Notes: generated from the sequence alone by a model not told the origin. A stretch of 64,000 nt of DNA from Cinqassovirus ah1 (IMGVR_UViG_2974724611_000001:12650-76649); one strand, 5' to 3'. Shown: positions 26,399-35,361, counted from the stretch's first letter. Program-made: numbers and translations.

Positions 26399-26956
26399 TT
26401 AACCCCGATATTGATTGACTACACAGATATGGGTATTGTTAATGAACATACGACCTTCCGAGTCCGGTTCTACAAAGTAGAGTGTTTGTCCAGTTGCAAC
26501 AATAACACGCTCTTTACCGTCTTCTGTTTTTACCACGATAGCGTTTTTCTCGCCACGACTTGGATTGAAAATGATCTCGTTTTTAGACATACCAAACGAG
26601 CCAACAGCAATTACCGTGCCCTTGTAATAGGTAGAGTCCACACAGAAGCCAATCTCTTCGCCAGCAGCGATTGGCTGCTTTATGCCGTAATCATACAGCA
26701 TACCGAGACTCATTCCATAGCGTGAGTTCATACCGCTACCAGAAACAGTGTAGCCATGATCTGAACTATGACAGGTATAACGATAGGACTTGGAACTCAG
26801 TTGATAGAATTCCATTTCTATTTTTTCACCGGTTTCGCTATCAGTCAAGTAAACTTTCTTTCCTTCGATTTTGTTGATAGTCAACAGTTGATAACGTCCG
26901 AAGCCAATAACATCACCAACAGTAAGACGTTTAGGATTAACAATTTTACAAATCAT
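26399..26956 (-). CDS. Hypothetical protein
   Basis: 185-aa ORF, 1 nt after the upstream start. Confidence 0.5.
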   Translation of the reverse strand: MICKIVNPKRLTVGDVIGFGRYQLLTINKIEGKKVYLTDSETGEKIEMEFYQLSSKSYRYTCHSSDHGYTVSGSGMNSRYGMSLGMLYDYGIKQPIAAGEEIGFCVDSTYYKGTVIAVGSFGMSKNEIIFNPSRGEKNAIVVKTEDGKERVIVATGQTLYFVEPDSEGRMFINNTHICVVNQYRG

Positions 26957-27126
26957 TTGTTCATTCTCATTTCACGTTTAAGGCGTTCGATGCGCTGCTT
27001 AATAGCAACACCGTCAGGAGTACACACAGAAGCACCGGACGCGGTATGGATCTGCATAGCATAAGCATTGATTTTGATCATCGGCTTGTACTTCATACGA
27101 TTCATAATACGTTTCAGGTAGTTCAT
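26953..27126 (-). CDS. Small basic hypothetical protein
   Basis: ORF trimmed to MNYLKRIMNRMKYK... with a GGAG SD. The track's longer ORF reads into the repeat element. Confidence 0.4.
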   Translation of the reverse strand: MNYLKRIMNRMKYKPMIKINAYAMQIHTASGASVCTPDGVAIKQRIERLKREMRMNK

Positions 27127-27213
27127 GATGTTCTCCGTAGTTGATAATTGGAGTATAGCGATTGGATTCCTACTGTCAAACATTATTTCGATCAAATAGT
27201 AATCTACTCCAGA

Positions 27214-27340
27214 AAGTCGCGCCAGCGACTGCGAAGCTAACTCATTGATTACCTTAAGGAAGACAAAATAGATTCTCATTAAAGATCTATAAGAGATTTT
27301 ATTTTGTCTTTGTTCGCTACGCTCACAAGTGCTGGCGCAC
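27214..27340. repeat. Copy 2 of the inverted-repeat element, plus adjacent nested stem-loops
   Basis: 27231-27309 is near-identical to the reverse complement of 11133-11217. Flanking hairpins: AGTCGC-gcca-GCGACT, and CCAGCGATTC...GAATCGCTGG (27335-27395). Confidence 0.6.
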
Positions 27341-27424
27341 GTTACCAGCGATTCTATGATCTTCTAATACGTTCATATCAGTATACCGTAGGAATCGCTG
27401 GTACGTTGATCCACAGCGTTTGGC

Positions 27425-27883
27425 TTAATACCTGAGATTGAATCGAGTCAATACTATGTTCGAAGTCTCATGGTCCAATGTTACTTGATACCAACGTCCG
27501 CTCTCGGTACAAATATGGCTATGGCCGATTTTGCAATTCGGACTAGCCCAACTCAGAGTATTGCTAATTCCCTGATCTGTTCTATCTGAACTCATTTTGA
27601 TCAGCACATTTTTGCCGGTGTTTACTATGCATCCAGAGCTGATAAAATCTTTGTCAAACTCTTCCGGTGTGATCTCGATATCAATCATACGGATAAAGCG
27701 CATAGGAAGACGTACCACTGTGTCCTTTAGATTAACGTCAACAAAGTATTCGTTATAACGAGTCGCTTCCAAAACGCGATTGGTTAGCGAATAGTGATAG
27801 AGTTCCATCACCTGATACTTGTCAAGTGCAGGACGTGCCTTGAACTCATAGAAATCGATCATGTTGATTATTTGTACTATCAT
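27425..27883 (-). CDS. Hypothetical protein
   Basis: 152-aa ORF. Confidence 0.5.
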   Translation of the reverse strand: MIVQIINMIDFYEFKARPALDKYQVMELYHYSLTNRVLEATRYNEYFVDVNLKDTVVRLPMRFIRMIDIEITPEEFDKDFISSGCIVNTGKNVLIKMSSDRTDQGISNTLSWASPNCKIGHSHICTESGRWYQVTLDHETSNIVLTRFNLRY

Positions 27884-27896
27884 TTATTTCTCCAAT

Positions 27897-27921
27897 GAAA
27901 AAGGGCCCGAAGGCCCTTGTT
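27897..27921 (-). terminator. Rho-independent terminator, UUCG tetraloop
   Basis: AAGGGCC-UUCG-GGCCCUUUUU. Confidence 0.55.
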
Positions 27922-28140
27922 TTAAATTTCACTCAAATGCATACCGTGAATCGCATCAACTTTAGTGCCGTCTTGCAACACGATATCAAAATAGTTATCA
28001 GCACAAGCACAAATGATGGTTACATGTTCACCGTACACTTGCGCTTTCAACAGTTTACCGAACACTTCATCGCCGTAAGCGAATTCCCACTCAGATGAAT
28101 CCACTTGGTCCAGTTTAACGATTTTTGCTTTGGCTTGCAT
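27922..28140 (-). CDS. Hypothetical protein
   Basis: 72-aa ORF preceded by a promoter–leader cassette. Confidence 0.5.
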   Translation of the reverse strand: MQAKAKIVKLDQVDSSEWEFAYGDEVFGKLLKAQVYGEHVTIICACADNYFDIVLQDGTKVDAIHGMHLSEI

Positions 28141-28203
28141 GATATTTTCCTCAGTTGTTTGGCTTCAATGAGGATATAATAACAGGACCAAAAATCAGTG
28201 CAA
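28138..28203 (-). promoter_or_regulatory. Promoter–leader cassette (MotA-box-like TGCTTGC variant)
   Basis: Minus strand: aaagTGCTTGCA, 17 nt, TATTAT, aTCCTCATTGAAGCC, leader, GAGGAAAAtatcATG. Confidence 0.45.
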
Positions 28204-28566
28204 GCACTTTTTCAGAAAGTGATGATGTTTTTGCTTGTTGAAAGTATAGCCAAACTCAGGACGAGCCACGATGCCTTCAAACAGCGCGGGTTTCTTTGCT
28301 ACCACAACAACATCATAGCCAATCAGTTCGCGCTCGGCATTGATATTCGGGACCTTGATTTCACGTTCCACAAATTGATGAACAACAACACCATGAATAG
28401 TCTGAAACAAAGAACCAGTAACAGTTTTCTTGATCATCGCTGGGATAGTGAAAATCTCTTTGATCCGAATACCTTCGATGTGACCATTAGCGATCATTTG
28501 TTGATAGACGGCCAGTGATGCTTTCATATCTTGAATCTTGATAAACATAATATTTTCCTTAAACAA
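28195..28566 (-). CDS. Hypothetical protein
   Basis: 123-aa ORF. Confidence 0.45.
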   Translation of the reverse strand: MFKENIMFIKIQDMKASLAVYQQMIANGHIEGIRIKEIFTIPAMIKKTVTGSLFQTIHGVVVHQFVEREIKVPNINAERELIGYDVVVVAKKPALFEGIVARPEFGYTFNKQKHHHFLKKCLH

Positions 28567-28890
28567 TCAGTTGCGATAAAGTTCGGATTTGATGTCGTTC
28601 ATAACTTGATTCTTGACATCCTCGTTGATATTGAACTCGATTTCTTGAATCAGTTCAATAAATTTAGACGGGATATCTTCAAACATGATACAGTTCAGCT
28701 CAAAGCTATAGCCGTTTTCTGTCTCTTCGATTTCAAACTCGGTCTGTTGTTCAGCGTGATAGAAGAACACATGGAGACCGTGAATGCCAACAAGTTCATA
28801 GAGGTAATCACTTTCATCAGACGAAACATATGCCTCGATGTTAATACCGAAATCTTTGATACGCGCTTTCATTATCGACCTTCTTTGCAA
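28567..28890 (-). CDS. Hypothetical protein
   Basis: 107-aa acidic ORF. Confidence 0.5.
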   Translation of the reverse strand: MQRRSIMKARIKDFGINIEAYVSSDESDYLYELVGIHGLHVFFYHAEQQTEFEIEETENGYSFELNCIMFEDIPSKFIELIQEIEFNINEDVKNQVMNDIKSELYRN

Positions 28891-29255
28891 GAAATGAAAC
28901 CGTATATGCCGAGTTTAGAACCCCGGGACATTGCATCTTGCCAGTTGCTTACATGACCACGAACATACTTTGAAGCAGCTTTCCAACCGTTAGCTTTCAG
29001 AATGTCACCGGTTTCCATGTTCACAAACCAGACAACGCTACGAGTAGATTGATTTGCATAGTCAGCACGGAAGATTCTTGCATTCTTTTTGCCGAATTCA
29101 ACACCGTAAACATAACGAGAGATATTACCGTCTACCAGACGCTGGGCATGGTCTTGCTCATAACGCTTGTAGAAGTCCGGAACACTGATATTAAAATAAA
29201 CGTGATTTGAAAACTCGTTCATTTCTTTTACCATTTGCTCGATTGCTGCTTTCAT
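28872..29255 (-). CDS. Hypothetical protein
   Basis: Start set at MKAAIEQ, directly behind the cassette SD GAGGAAAACATC. Confidence 0.5.
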   Translation of the reverse strand: MKAAIEQMVKEMNEFSNHVYFNISVPDFYKRYEQDHAQRLVDGNISRYVYGVEFGKKNARIFRADYANQSTRSVVWFVNMETGDILKANGWKAASKYVRGHVSNWQDAMSRGSKLGIYGFISCKEGR

Positions 29256-29332
29256 GATGTTTTCCTCAGAGTTTGTTTTGTTTCGATGTGGACATATTAT
29301 CATGTCCACACCTAGCGTCAACTACTTTTTCA
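29253..29332 (-). promoter_or_regulatory. Early promoter–leader cassette with a hairpin spanning the -10 box
   Basis: Minus strand: aaaagtaGTTGAC (29322-29317), 17 nt, TAATAT (29299-29294), gTCCACATCGAAACAAAACAAACTCTGAGGAAAACATCATG. Palindrome GTGGACAT-gataatat-GTCCAC. Confidence 0.55.
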
Positions 29333-29334
29333 AT

Positions 29335-29907
29335 TTATTTTTCGATGCCAGTGGTATCATAATTGTGATCTAGTGTGTTGAAAAACGCTTTTGTCATTTC
29401 TCGCATTTCCTCGTTATGCAGAGGACAATCACGATTGATACGCTTGAAAATTTCACCGGCTCGATTCTCTGGACAAGTACAATGCGGCAGATTGTGTTTG
29501 TGGAAAGACGAATCGATATCAAAACCCCAGAGAGATTGCAATTCGTATTCGATATCCCGAATCCAGCCAAGATGTTCGGCAATTCGTTGTTTTTGTACTA
29601 ATTGACCAACGGTACCAACATTGTAAAGTTTCTCGTTTTTAAGTTGCTTTACATGGATATCCCGATAGTGTTGTAATTGATCGATTTTGAGAATCGTTTC
29701 ATCCGAAAGACCCCGAGAGATAGCCAGATCCAGATTGACGGTAGTATGACGCTGTTTGATAGCGAGTTCCCATTTCTCTACCATGAATGCAATAATCTTT
29801 TGCGCATTCACTCGATCTTTCGCTTCAAACGCGCCGAGAAGTTTCAGCGCGTCTTTTTGTGCAAGTTTAATGCGGAGTTTATCCGCATCAGTTATCAGTT
29901 TTTTCAT
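29335..29907 (-). CDS. Hypothetical Cys/His-rich protein
   Basis: Start at MKKLITD with a GGAG SD. C-terminal cluster HCTCPEN...RDCPLH. Confidence 0.5.
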   Translation of the reverse strand: MKKLITDADKLRIKLAQKDALKLLGAFEAKDRVNAQKIIAFMVEKWELAIKQRHTTVNLDLAISRGLSDETILKIDQLQHYRDIHVKQLKNEKLYNVGTVGQLVQKQRIAEHLGWIRDIEYELQSLWGFDIDSSFHKHNLPHCTCPENRAGEIFKRINRDCPLHNEEMREMTKAFFNTLDHNYDTTGIEK

Positions 29908-30130
29908 TGACAAACTCCATAAATTCTTTTTCGTACCCGCGATTGATAGCGAATGATACCACATCTTCACCGCCAGCTACCATATGACGACGCACGGATT
30001 CTAAGAAGTAATCAAACTCACTGAATCCATGAGAACTTTGCATTTTCAGATGCCAGTTGATCTTTTGATCCAACTCTTTCAAATTGATTGTATGATGTTT
30101 CCAGTGAAAAACTCGACTTTGATTTTTCAT
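29888..30130 (-). CDS. Hypothetical protein
   Basis: Start at MKNQSRVF with a GGAG SD. Confidence 0.45.
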   Translation of the reverse strand: MKNQSRVFHWKHHTINLKELDQKINWHLKMQSSHGFSEFDYFLESVRRHMVAGGEDVVSFAINRGYEKEFMEFVNEKTDN

Positions 30131-30184
30131 AATGACTCCGCTTTGTTTCTGGGACCAATATAACATGATCCCAGATAGAGTCAA

Positions 30185-31066
30185 TCACTTTTTACCAACA
30201 TACCAAGCGAATACGCTATGAAATGCGGAGCTTGCACTCTTACCACCGCGAGCTTCATACTCGGCAATAAACTTCACGCGATCCCGAATCCCTTCTTCCC
30301 ACAGCGCGTTAGCAAGTTTAGACGGACGGTGACGAACAATTTCACCACTCGGAGCAACATAACGCTTTTTACCGTCTCCAGTATCAACAACTTGAGCAGC
30401 TACTTTCTTACCAACAACTTTAGCAGGAACTTTGATTTCGACTTTGTTTTGCTTGACTTCTACCTTCTGATTAACAACAGTAACAGTAGGAGCAGCTTCA
30501 CCCTTACGAGTCGGCACATAAGTCAGCATGGATTTATCTTGCGGACCAACATAGTCGAACGGCTTGATTGGGTGATTACCTTTCCGAGTACGATAAACAT
30601 GACCTTTCTGGATGTTATCGTGAATTTTTTTAGTAACAACAACTTTTTGACCAGCAACACCGTAAATGTGCTGATTAACAGGAACTTCCAGATCATGGTA
30701 AGTGTTACCGCTGCCGCCCAACATTTTGTGAATGTATTTCCAACGAGCGTCGTGTCCGCTTTTGCCGCGTTGTACATAATCAACAATGTGAGCAACTTCG
30801 TGGCTTACGGTTTCGTCAAGCAGATGCCACCAAGCTTTCTCGCTCATGATCATCATGTTAACGTTGAAATTCAGTTCATACTTGCGGTTGAAGCTGTAGC
30901 CTTGCATCATTGCGCGACCAGCAGAACGAGCGCGGAGAGTGAACTTTACTGCCAAATTCTTACCAATCACGAGGTCAACACCGAACAGATCGTTGGCTTT
31001 TTTAACTTCGATTTCTACCCGGGCTTTGAGTGCTGCGATTGCTTGATCTTTCAGATTCAAAGTCAT
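30185..31066 (-). CDS. SprT-like zinc metallopeptidase domain protein
   Basis: 293 aa. HExxH in the context DETVSHEVAHIVDY; Lys-rich C-terminal half. Confidence 0.55.
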   Translation of the reverse strand: MTLNLKDQAIAALKARVEIEVKKANDLFGVDLVIGKNLAVKFTLRARSAGRAMMQGYSFNRKYELNFNVNMMIMSEKAWWHLLDETVSHEVAHIVDYVQRGKSGHDARWKYIHKMLGGSGNTYHDLEVPVNQHIYGVAGQKVVVTKKIHDNIQKGHVYRTRKGNHPIKPFDYVGPQDKSMLTYVPTRKGEAAPTVTVVNQKVEVKQNKVEIKVPAKVVGKKVAAQVVDTGDGKKRYVAPSGEIVRHRPSKLANALWEEGIRDRVKFIAEYEARGGKSASSAFHSVFAWYVGKK

Positions 31067-31145
31067 GATGTTTTCCTCAGTTGAATTCGTTGATTGGCTT
31101 CAATGAGGACATAATATCAGGTAGATCCCAAACGTCAACAACTTT
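31064..31145 (-). promoter_or_regulatory. Early promoter–leader cassette
   Basis: GTTGAC (+ strand gtcaac ~31131), then TATTAT, TCCTCATTGAAGCC, leader, GAGGAAAACATCATG. Confidence 0.45.
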
Positions 31146-31177
31146 TTGGAAATAAAAATCCGCCCGAAGGCGGATCA

Positions 31178-31486
31178 TCATTTCTTTGTTGCTAGTTTCA
31201 GCAAATGTCTGAGTTGGGCGCTATCAATGTTGGTTTTGATTTGTTCAGCCAGATCCGCTGGATTTGCATCCGGTAGCGCATCAGCATACGCTTGATAAAC
31301 ATCATCAGCACTATCAAAACCACGATATCGCTTGATCCGACTTTTTGTGATCGATTGCACCACAAATGATTCAAACTTATCACGATAGATACCACACCGA
31401 ACGATGTTTCTATCCAAGAACAAAGCGACATTCATCAGAACATAGAAGAAACAGAACGAAACAATATTTTTGATCTTGATTAACAT
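31178..31486 (-). CDS. Hypothetical membrane protein
   Basis: 102-aa ORF with one TM helix. Confidence 0.4.
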   Translation of the reverse strand: MLIKIKNIVSFCFFYVLMNVALFLDRNIVRCGIYRDKFESFVVQSITKSRIKRYRGFDSADDVYQAYADALPDANPADLAEQIKTNIDSAQLRHLLKLATKK

Positions 31487-31497
31487 ATTTCTCCTTA

Positions 31498-31524
31498 AAA
31501 GAAAAGAGGCTTTCGCCCTCTCTT
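31498..31524 (-). terminator. Hairpin terminator, GAAA tetraloop
   Basis: AGAGGGC-GAAA-GCCUCUUUUC. Confidence 0.5.
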
Positions 31525-31526
31525 GA

Positions 31527-32471
31527 TTACTGCATTTGTTTCAGGAACAGCGGAGCTTGACCGTTGCCCATCATAGTGAAGTTTGCAGGTACTTGACCGT
31601 TCCAACCGGTACCAGCTTTCTTCATTTCAACTTCTAGACGCTTCAACTCGATGATCTGAGGAGTCAGAGAAGATGCCAATTTGGCGTTACCAATCGCGGT
31701 TTGTTCAGCCATGTAACGATCTGCATCTGCTTTCTGTTTTACACCGTCAGCATAAGCTTTGGCTTGAACGAAAGTTTGGTAAGCAGCGGCTTCATACTTC
31801 GCTTTATCTGCGGCAGCTTGACCCTTAGCAGTTGCTTCGGTAGTCTGTGCAGCAGTGGTAGCGATTCGCAACTGGGATTTCTCAGCTTCTTCCTTCTGGA
31901 TTCGATCTTGAGTTTGCAGAATTTGATTCTGAATTCGCGGATCGAAAGTTACATCTTGTACCAGAACTTCTTGCAGAGTGATACCAGTGCCGGTCAGTGC
32001 TTCTTGCAGACGACGCTTGGTATTCTCTTGCATCGCGGTTACATTGAAGCTATCAGCCAGACCACGGGAGTCAGCAATTTTACGGCCTTCGTCTTTGATA
32101 ATGCTAGTCAGGAACTGAGACATTGCCTTATCAACAAACATTTCCATAGTACCGTAGTTCTTTTTGATGAACGGGGTCTTGGAGTTGTCTACACGATACA
32201 ACACGGTAACGTTGGCGGTACTGTTGAAACGGTCTTTAGTCGGGATCAGCAAGTTTTCTTTAACAAACTTGTTGTTCCGGGTATCGAAAGTATCAAATCC
32301 CATAAACGGGTTTACAAAGTGCAGACCTTCTTCCAGCGGACGATCTTGAACTTCGCCCATCAGAGTACCGACTTTGGTAGTACCGGCGTCAACGATAGTA
32401 AAGCAGTTGGAACCGATAACGATAGCTACCAGAGCAGCAACACCAGTAATACCCATTTTGAATTGATTCAT
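31527..32471 (-). CDS. SPFH/band-7 (prohibitin/HflC-like) membrane protein
   Basis: 314 aa. N-terminal TM (GVAALVAIVIGSNCF), then an SPFH-like core and an Ala/Gln/Lys-rich coiled coil. Confidence 0.7.
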   Translation of the reverse strand: MNQFKMGITGVAALVAIVIGSNCFTIVDAGTTKVGTLMGEVQDRPLEEGLHFVNPFMGFDTFDTRNNKFVKENLLIPTKDRFNSTANVTVLYRVDNSKTPFIKKNYGTMEMFVDKAMSQFLTSIIKDEGRKIADSRGLADSFNVTAMQENTKRRLQEALTGTGITLQEVLVQDVTFDPRIQNQILQTQDRIQKEEAEKSQLRIATTAAQTTEATAKGQAAADKAKYEAAAYQTFVQAKAYADGVKQKADADRYMAEQTAIGNAKLASSLTPQIIELKRLEVEMKKAGTGWNGQVPANFTMMGNGQAPLFLKQMQ

Positions 32472-32816
32472 TTAAACATTCCTTTTATATTCTCCCATAA
32501 CATCCAGATAGTTTTCGATGTTAAAAGCTGGGAGAGAGCAGCTTAGATTAGAACCACAGAAGTGATTCACCAGTTGATCGATAACATTGTCATTAAGACG
32601 GAAGTTATCAGCTTCATAAGTTTCCCAGGCATCACGTATCATTTGTTCGGTGACTGAGAAACAGAAATTGTTAACACCATACACTTTGATTTCAATCTCT
32701 TTACCGTCAAACAGAGCAATCAGATTTTGCACATTCGGGCTGGTAACCATGTTTGCGCGAGTTGCATTGTAGATACCACGAGCATTGATTTTAGCTTTTA
32801 CAGTAACAAAGTGCAT
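32472..32816 (-). CDS. Hypothetical protein
   Basis: 114-aa ORF. Confidence 0.5.
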   Translation of the reverse strand: MHFVTVKAKINARGIYNATRANMVTSPNVQNLIALFDGKEIEIKVYGVNNFCFSVTEQMIRDAWETYEADNFRLNDNVIDQLVNHFCGSNLSCSLPAFNIENYLDVMGEYKRNV

Positions 32817-32885
32817 AATGTATTCCTCATTCGTTATTTGATAGAGCCATTATCGCATGGCTCTTAGCGGTAGTCAACAACTTTT
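32814..32885 (-). promoter_or_regulatory. Early promoter–leader cassette (copy A of an exact duplicate)
   Basis: tgatagagccattatcgcatggctcttagcggtagtcaacaacttt is identical to 33190-33235. Palindrome AGAGCCAT-gcgata-ATGGCTCT. Confidence 0.5.
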
Positions 32886-33172
32886 TATTCGGCTTTACAA
32901 ATCATTTTGAGTTGCATAACCTTTTCAGAATCACCAGCACCAGACAACCAAGCGGTGTGATCCCATTGCTCAGTGATAGAAGCGTTGGTAAACATCTTAG
33001 AACGAGACAGGTCGCGCTCGATTGCTTGCAGTGTGCCAACGTAGTCGGAAGTAACAACAATCATGTTATTGCCTTCACATTTACCATCGAAGTTAACGAT
33101 GATTTGCACATTACGAACAGAGTATTTGCGAGTTGCGAACAGTGCTTTGAATTCAGCGGCTACGTTTTTCAT
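32885..33172 (-). CDS. Hypothetical protein
   Basis: 95-aa ORF. Confidence 0.5.
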   Translation of the reverse strand: MKNVAAEFKALFATRKYSVRNVQIIVNFDGKCEGNNMIVVTSDYVGTLQAIERDLSRSKMFTNASITEQWDHTAWLSGAGDSEKVMQLKMICKAE

Positions 33173-33245
33173 GATGTATTCCTCAGTTGTCTTGATTTGA
33201 TAGAGCCATTATCGCATGGCTCTTAGCGGTAGTCAACAACTTTTA
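33170..33245 (-). promoter_or_regulatory. Early promoter–leader cassette (copy B of an exact duplicate)
   Basis: Same ~46-bp sequence as 32835-32880. Confidence 0.5.
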
Positions 33246-33247
33246 AA

Positions 33248-33661
33248 TCAATCTTCGTAATAATCGTCCATTTCGAGTGGGTAATCCATTCCCCAATCCC
33301 ATGAGATATTGGATTCAAACTTGATGCCGGTTTGTTTGCACAGTTCACAGTAACGATCTGCGGTACGCTTGTTGTAGAATGCGCGATGTTTGTTGTACCC
33401 GTTCTGGCGTTCTACGTTACAATCCAACAGACTGAAACTATTCAATGCCCGCAGAGTATCTTGGATTGCTTGAATTTCGCCGTTGCTGTATACCATACGA
33501 CACGGAACAAACAGAGAATCGGATTTTGAGCCATCAACATAAGTATGGCGCTCGGGACGACCGGTAATCAGATATTTGGTAACAAAAGAGTTTTCGCCAA
33601 GTGCGCTTACATAATAAACAGTCTTACCAGCTTTCAGATTCTTAACAGTTACCTTTTTCAT
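33248..33661 (-). CDS. Hypothetical protein
   Basis: 137-aa ORF. Confidence 0.5.
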   Translation of the reverse strand: MKKVTVKNLKAGKTVYYVSALGENSFVTKYLITGRPERHTYVDGSKSDSLFVPCRMVYSNGEIQAIQDTLRALNSFSLLDCNVERQNGYNKHRAFYNKRTADRYCELCKQTGIKFESNISWDWGMDYPLEMDDYYED

Positions 33662-33664
33662 GAT

Positions 33665-33940
33665 TTATTCCTCATAGTTTTTGATTGATTTGATAATGCT
33701 TTCTATGAATTCCAGATCCGTGTCTTCGAAGATAGTTGGCTCCATGTTATCAGTAACGTCATTGTAATAATGAACAGTATAACCGAAAACTTTGGTATAA
33801 ACAACTAACATTTTCGAAACCGGCATTCTGATATAAACAGAGTTGCTAGGAAACGCTATCGATTTGTAACCATTGTATCCCAACGATTTAAAGAAAGCAA
33901 CCAGTTTTTCGCATTTTCTTTCTTTAATGAACTCAAACAT
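33665..33940 (-). CDS. Hypothetical protein
   Basis: 91-aa ORF. Confidence 0.45.
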   Translation of the reverse strand: MFEFIKERKCEKLVAFFKSLGYNGYKSIAFPSNSVYIRMPVSKMLVVYTKVFGYTVHYYNDVTDNMEPTIFEDTDLEFIESIIKSIKNYEE

Positions 33941-34007
33941 GATTGGTTCCTCTCGTATTGATTGTGGCTATAATAACAGGTATAGTCACACTCGCAAGCA
34001 CTTTCAA

Positions 34008-34238
34008 TTAATCCAAATAAATTTTTGGACCGTAGTGTTCGAATCCCTCGGTAATCAAGAATTCACATTCTTGTCCTTCTCGCAATTCGTCATGGACATA
34101 GGTACCAATCCATGACCACTGGCCAGTTTCACTTCGTACCGGCTTTGTTTTGCACACAAATCGAAACACAGAAAATCCGCAGCATTCAACAAACGGAGTA
34201 CCGACTTCCAGTTTCTTTACATTATCCAGACTACTCAC
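34008..34238 (-). CDS. Hypothetical protein
   Basis: 76-aa ORF. Confidence 0.45.
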   Translation of the reverse strand: MSSLDNVKKLEVGTPFVECCGFSVFRFVCKTKPVRSETGQWSWIGTYVHDELREGQECEFLITEGFEHYGPKIYLD

Positions 34239-34476
34239 CTAAAAACCCCTTCTTGTCCAATACTTTACAAGCTTTACGGACGGCTTCAACGTTTTCCGAA
34301 ATGATTTCATCGTGTCCGTACACCGCAACATGACGCATCACACGGTCCATGCAGCCGGGCAGATTGTTGTTCCAAATCGCGGATACCGGATCTACCAACG
34401 GACGATCTTTCAAGAAAGTCGCCAGCATGATTTTGTTAACGTGATCTTTAGTTTCTTGCCAATAACTCATTGCCAA
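34231..34476 (-). CDS. Hypothetical protein
   Basis: 81-aa ORF preceded by a cassette. Confidence 0.45.
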   Translation of the reverse strand: MAMSYWQETKDHVNKIMLATFLKDRPLVDPVSAIWNNNLPGCMDRVMRHVAVYGHDEIISENVEAVRKACKVLDKKGFLGE

Positions 34477-34535
34477 TCTCCTTGTTTCAATGTGGATATA
34501 TTAACAGGTTGATTCCAGTTTGCAAGCACTAAAAC
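34476..34535 (-). promoter_or_regulatory. Promoter–leader cassette (TGCTTGC variant)
   Basis: Minus strand: ttagTGCTTGCaaac...TTAATATATCCACATTGAAAC...GAGATTGGCAATG. Confidence 0.4.
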
Positions 34536-34562
34536 GAAAAAAGCACCCGAAGGTGCCTTTTA
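34536..34562 (-). terminator. Rho-independent terminator, UUCG tetraloop
   Basis: GCACC-UUCG-GGUGCUUUUUUCG. Confidence 0.55.
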
Positions 34563-35120
34563 TTTTACGAATACAACATCAGTCAAGCTTTCGCCCAACA
34601 CGGTTTCAGCTTCTTCAATCCAATCAGCGGATTCAACGCTTTCATAAAAATCATCCACGCTTTCGAAAATAGCTTGTTTCTGTCCCATTTCCGTGCGCTT
34701 CTTAGACTGAAATCCACCTGTTCCCTTAGGATAAACAGTAGCGATCTCTATCTGACGATTGCGAACACGCCCAGCGACGCTGATATCCATGCTCTTAGAA
34801 TGAAACATGAATTGACCGTTTCGAATTTTTTCATCTTCAACATAATGAGCAATCTTCCGATAAAATGCTTTCCAGTCTTCTGGTGTAACATCATTTCGGC
34901 GTTGTGCTGCACGTGCCTGCGCATGAATCGAACTCATGAAATCATAGACCCCAACTTTCATCTTGGTAGCCAATTTAGATCTCTTTGAGAGTTCGAACTC
35001 CTGTTCTTTAGTCAATTCAACAACTTGATTTTTGCTATAAACAGGCTTCTTTTGATCCTTTTCTAGTTGTTCCTCGCCGGGCATATGAGACTCGGCTAGA
35101 AAATCAGCCAGTGATTTCAT
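34560..35120 (-). CDS. Hypothetical protein
   Basis: 186-aa ORF. Confidence 0.5.
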   Translation of the reverse strand: MKSLADFLAESHMPGEEQLEKDQKKPVYSKNQVVELTKEQEFELSKRSKLATKMKVGVYDFMSSIHAQARAAQRRNDVTPEDWKAFYRKIAHYVEDEKIRNGQFMFHSKSMDISVAGRVRNRQIEIATVYPKGTGGFQSKKRTEMGQKQAIFESVDDFYESVESADWIEEAETVLGESLTDVVFVK

Positions 35121-35361
35121 CTTTATCCCTCTTGATTCGTTTGCGTAGCATGATATCCACTACAATAAGAACAGCAATAACCGCGCCAAAATACATCGCA
35201 AACGGACCGTCACTTTCGATAAAAGTATCGGTAATCCAAGCTTGACCGGCAGCGAATAACAGAGTTCCTAGCAATAGTTGCCATAGTGTGCAACAAAGTT
35301 TTTGAAAGAACTTGATATCGAATCCAGCCAACGCCCTTTTCAACTCTTCATCTTGATTCAT
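35104..35361 (-). CDS. Small membrane protein
   Basis: 85 aa with two TM helices. Confidence 0.45.
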   Translation of the reverse strand: MNQDEELKRALAGFDIKFFQKLCCTLWQLLLGTLLFAAGQAWITDTFIESDGPFAMYFGAVIAVLIVVDIMLRKRIKRDKDEITG

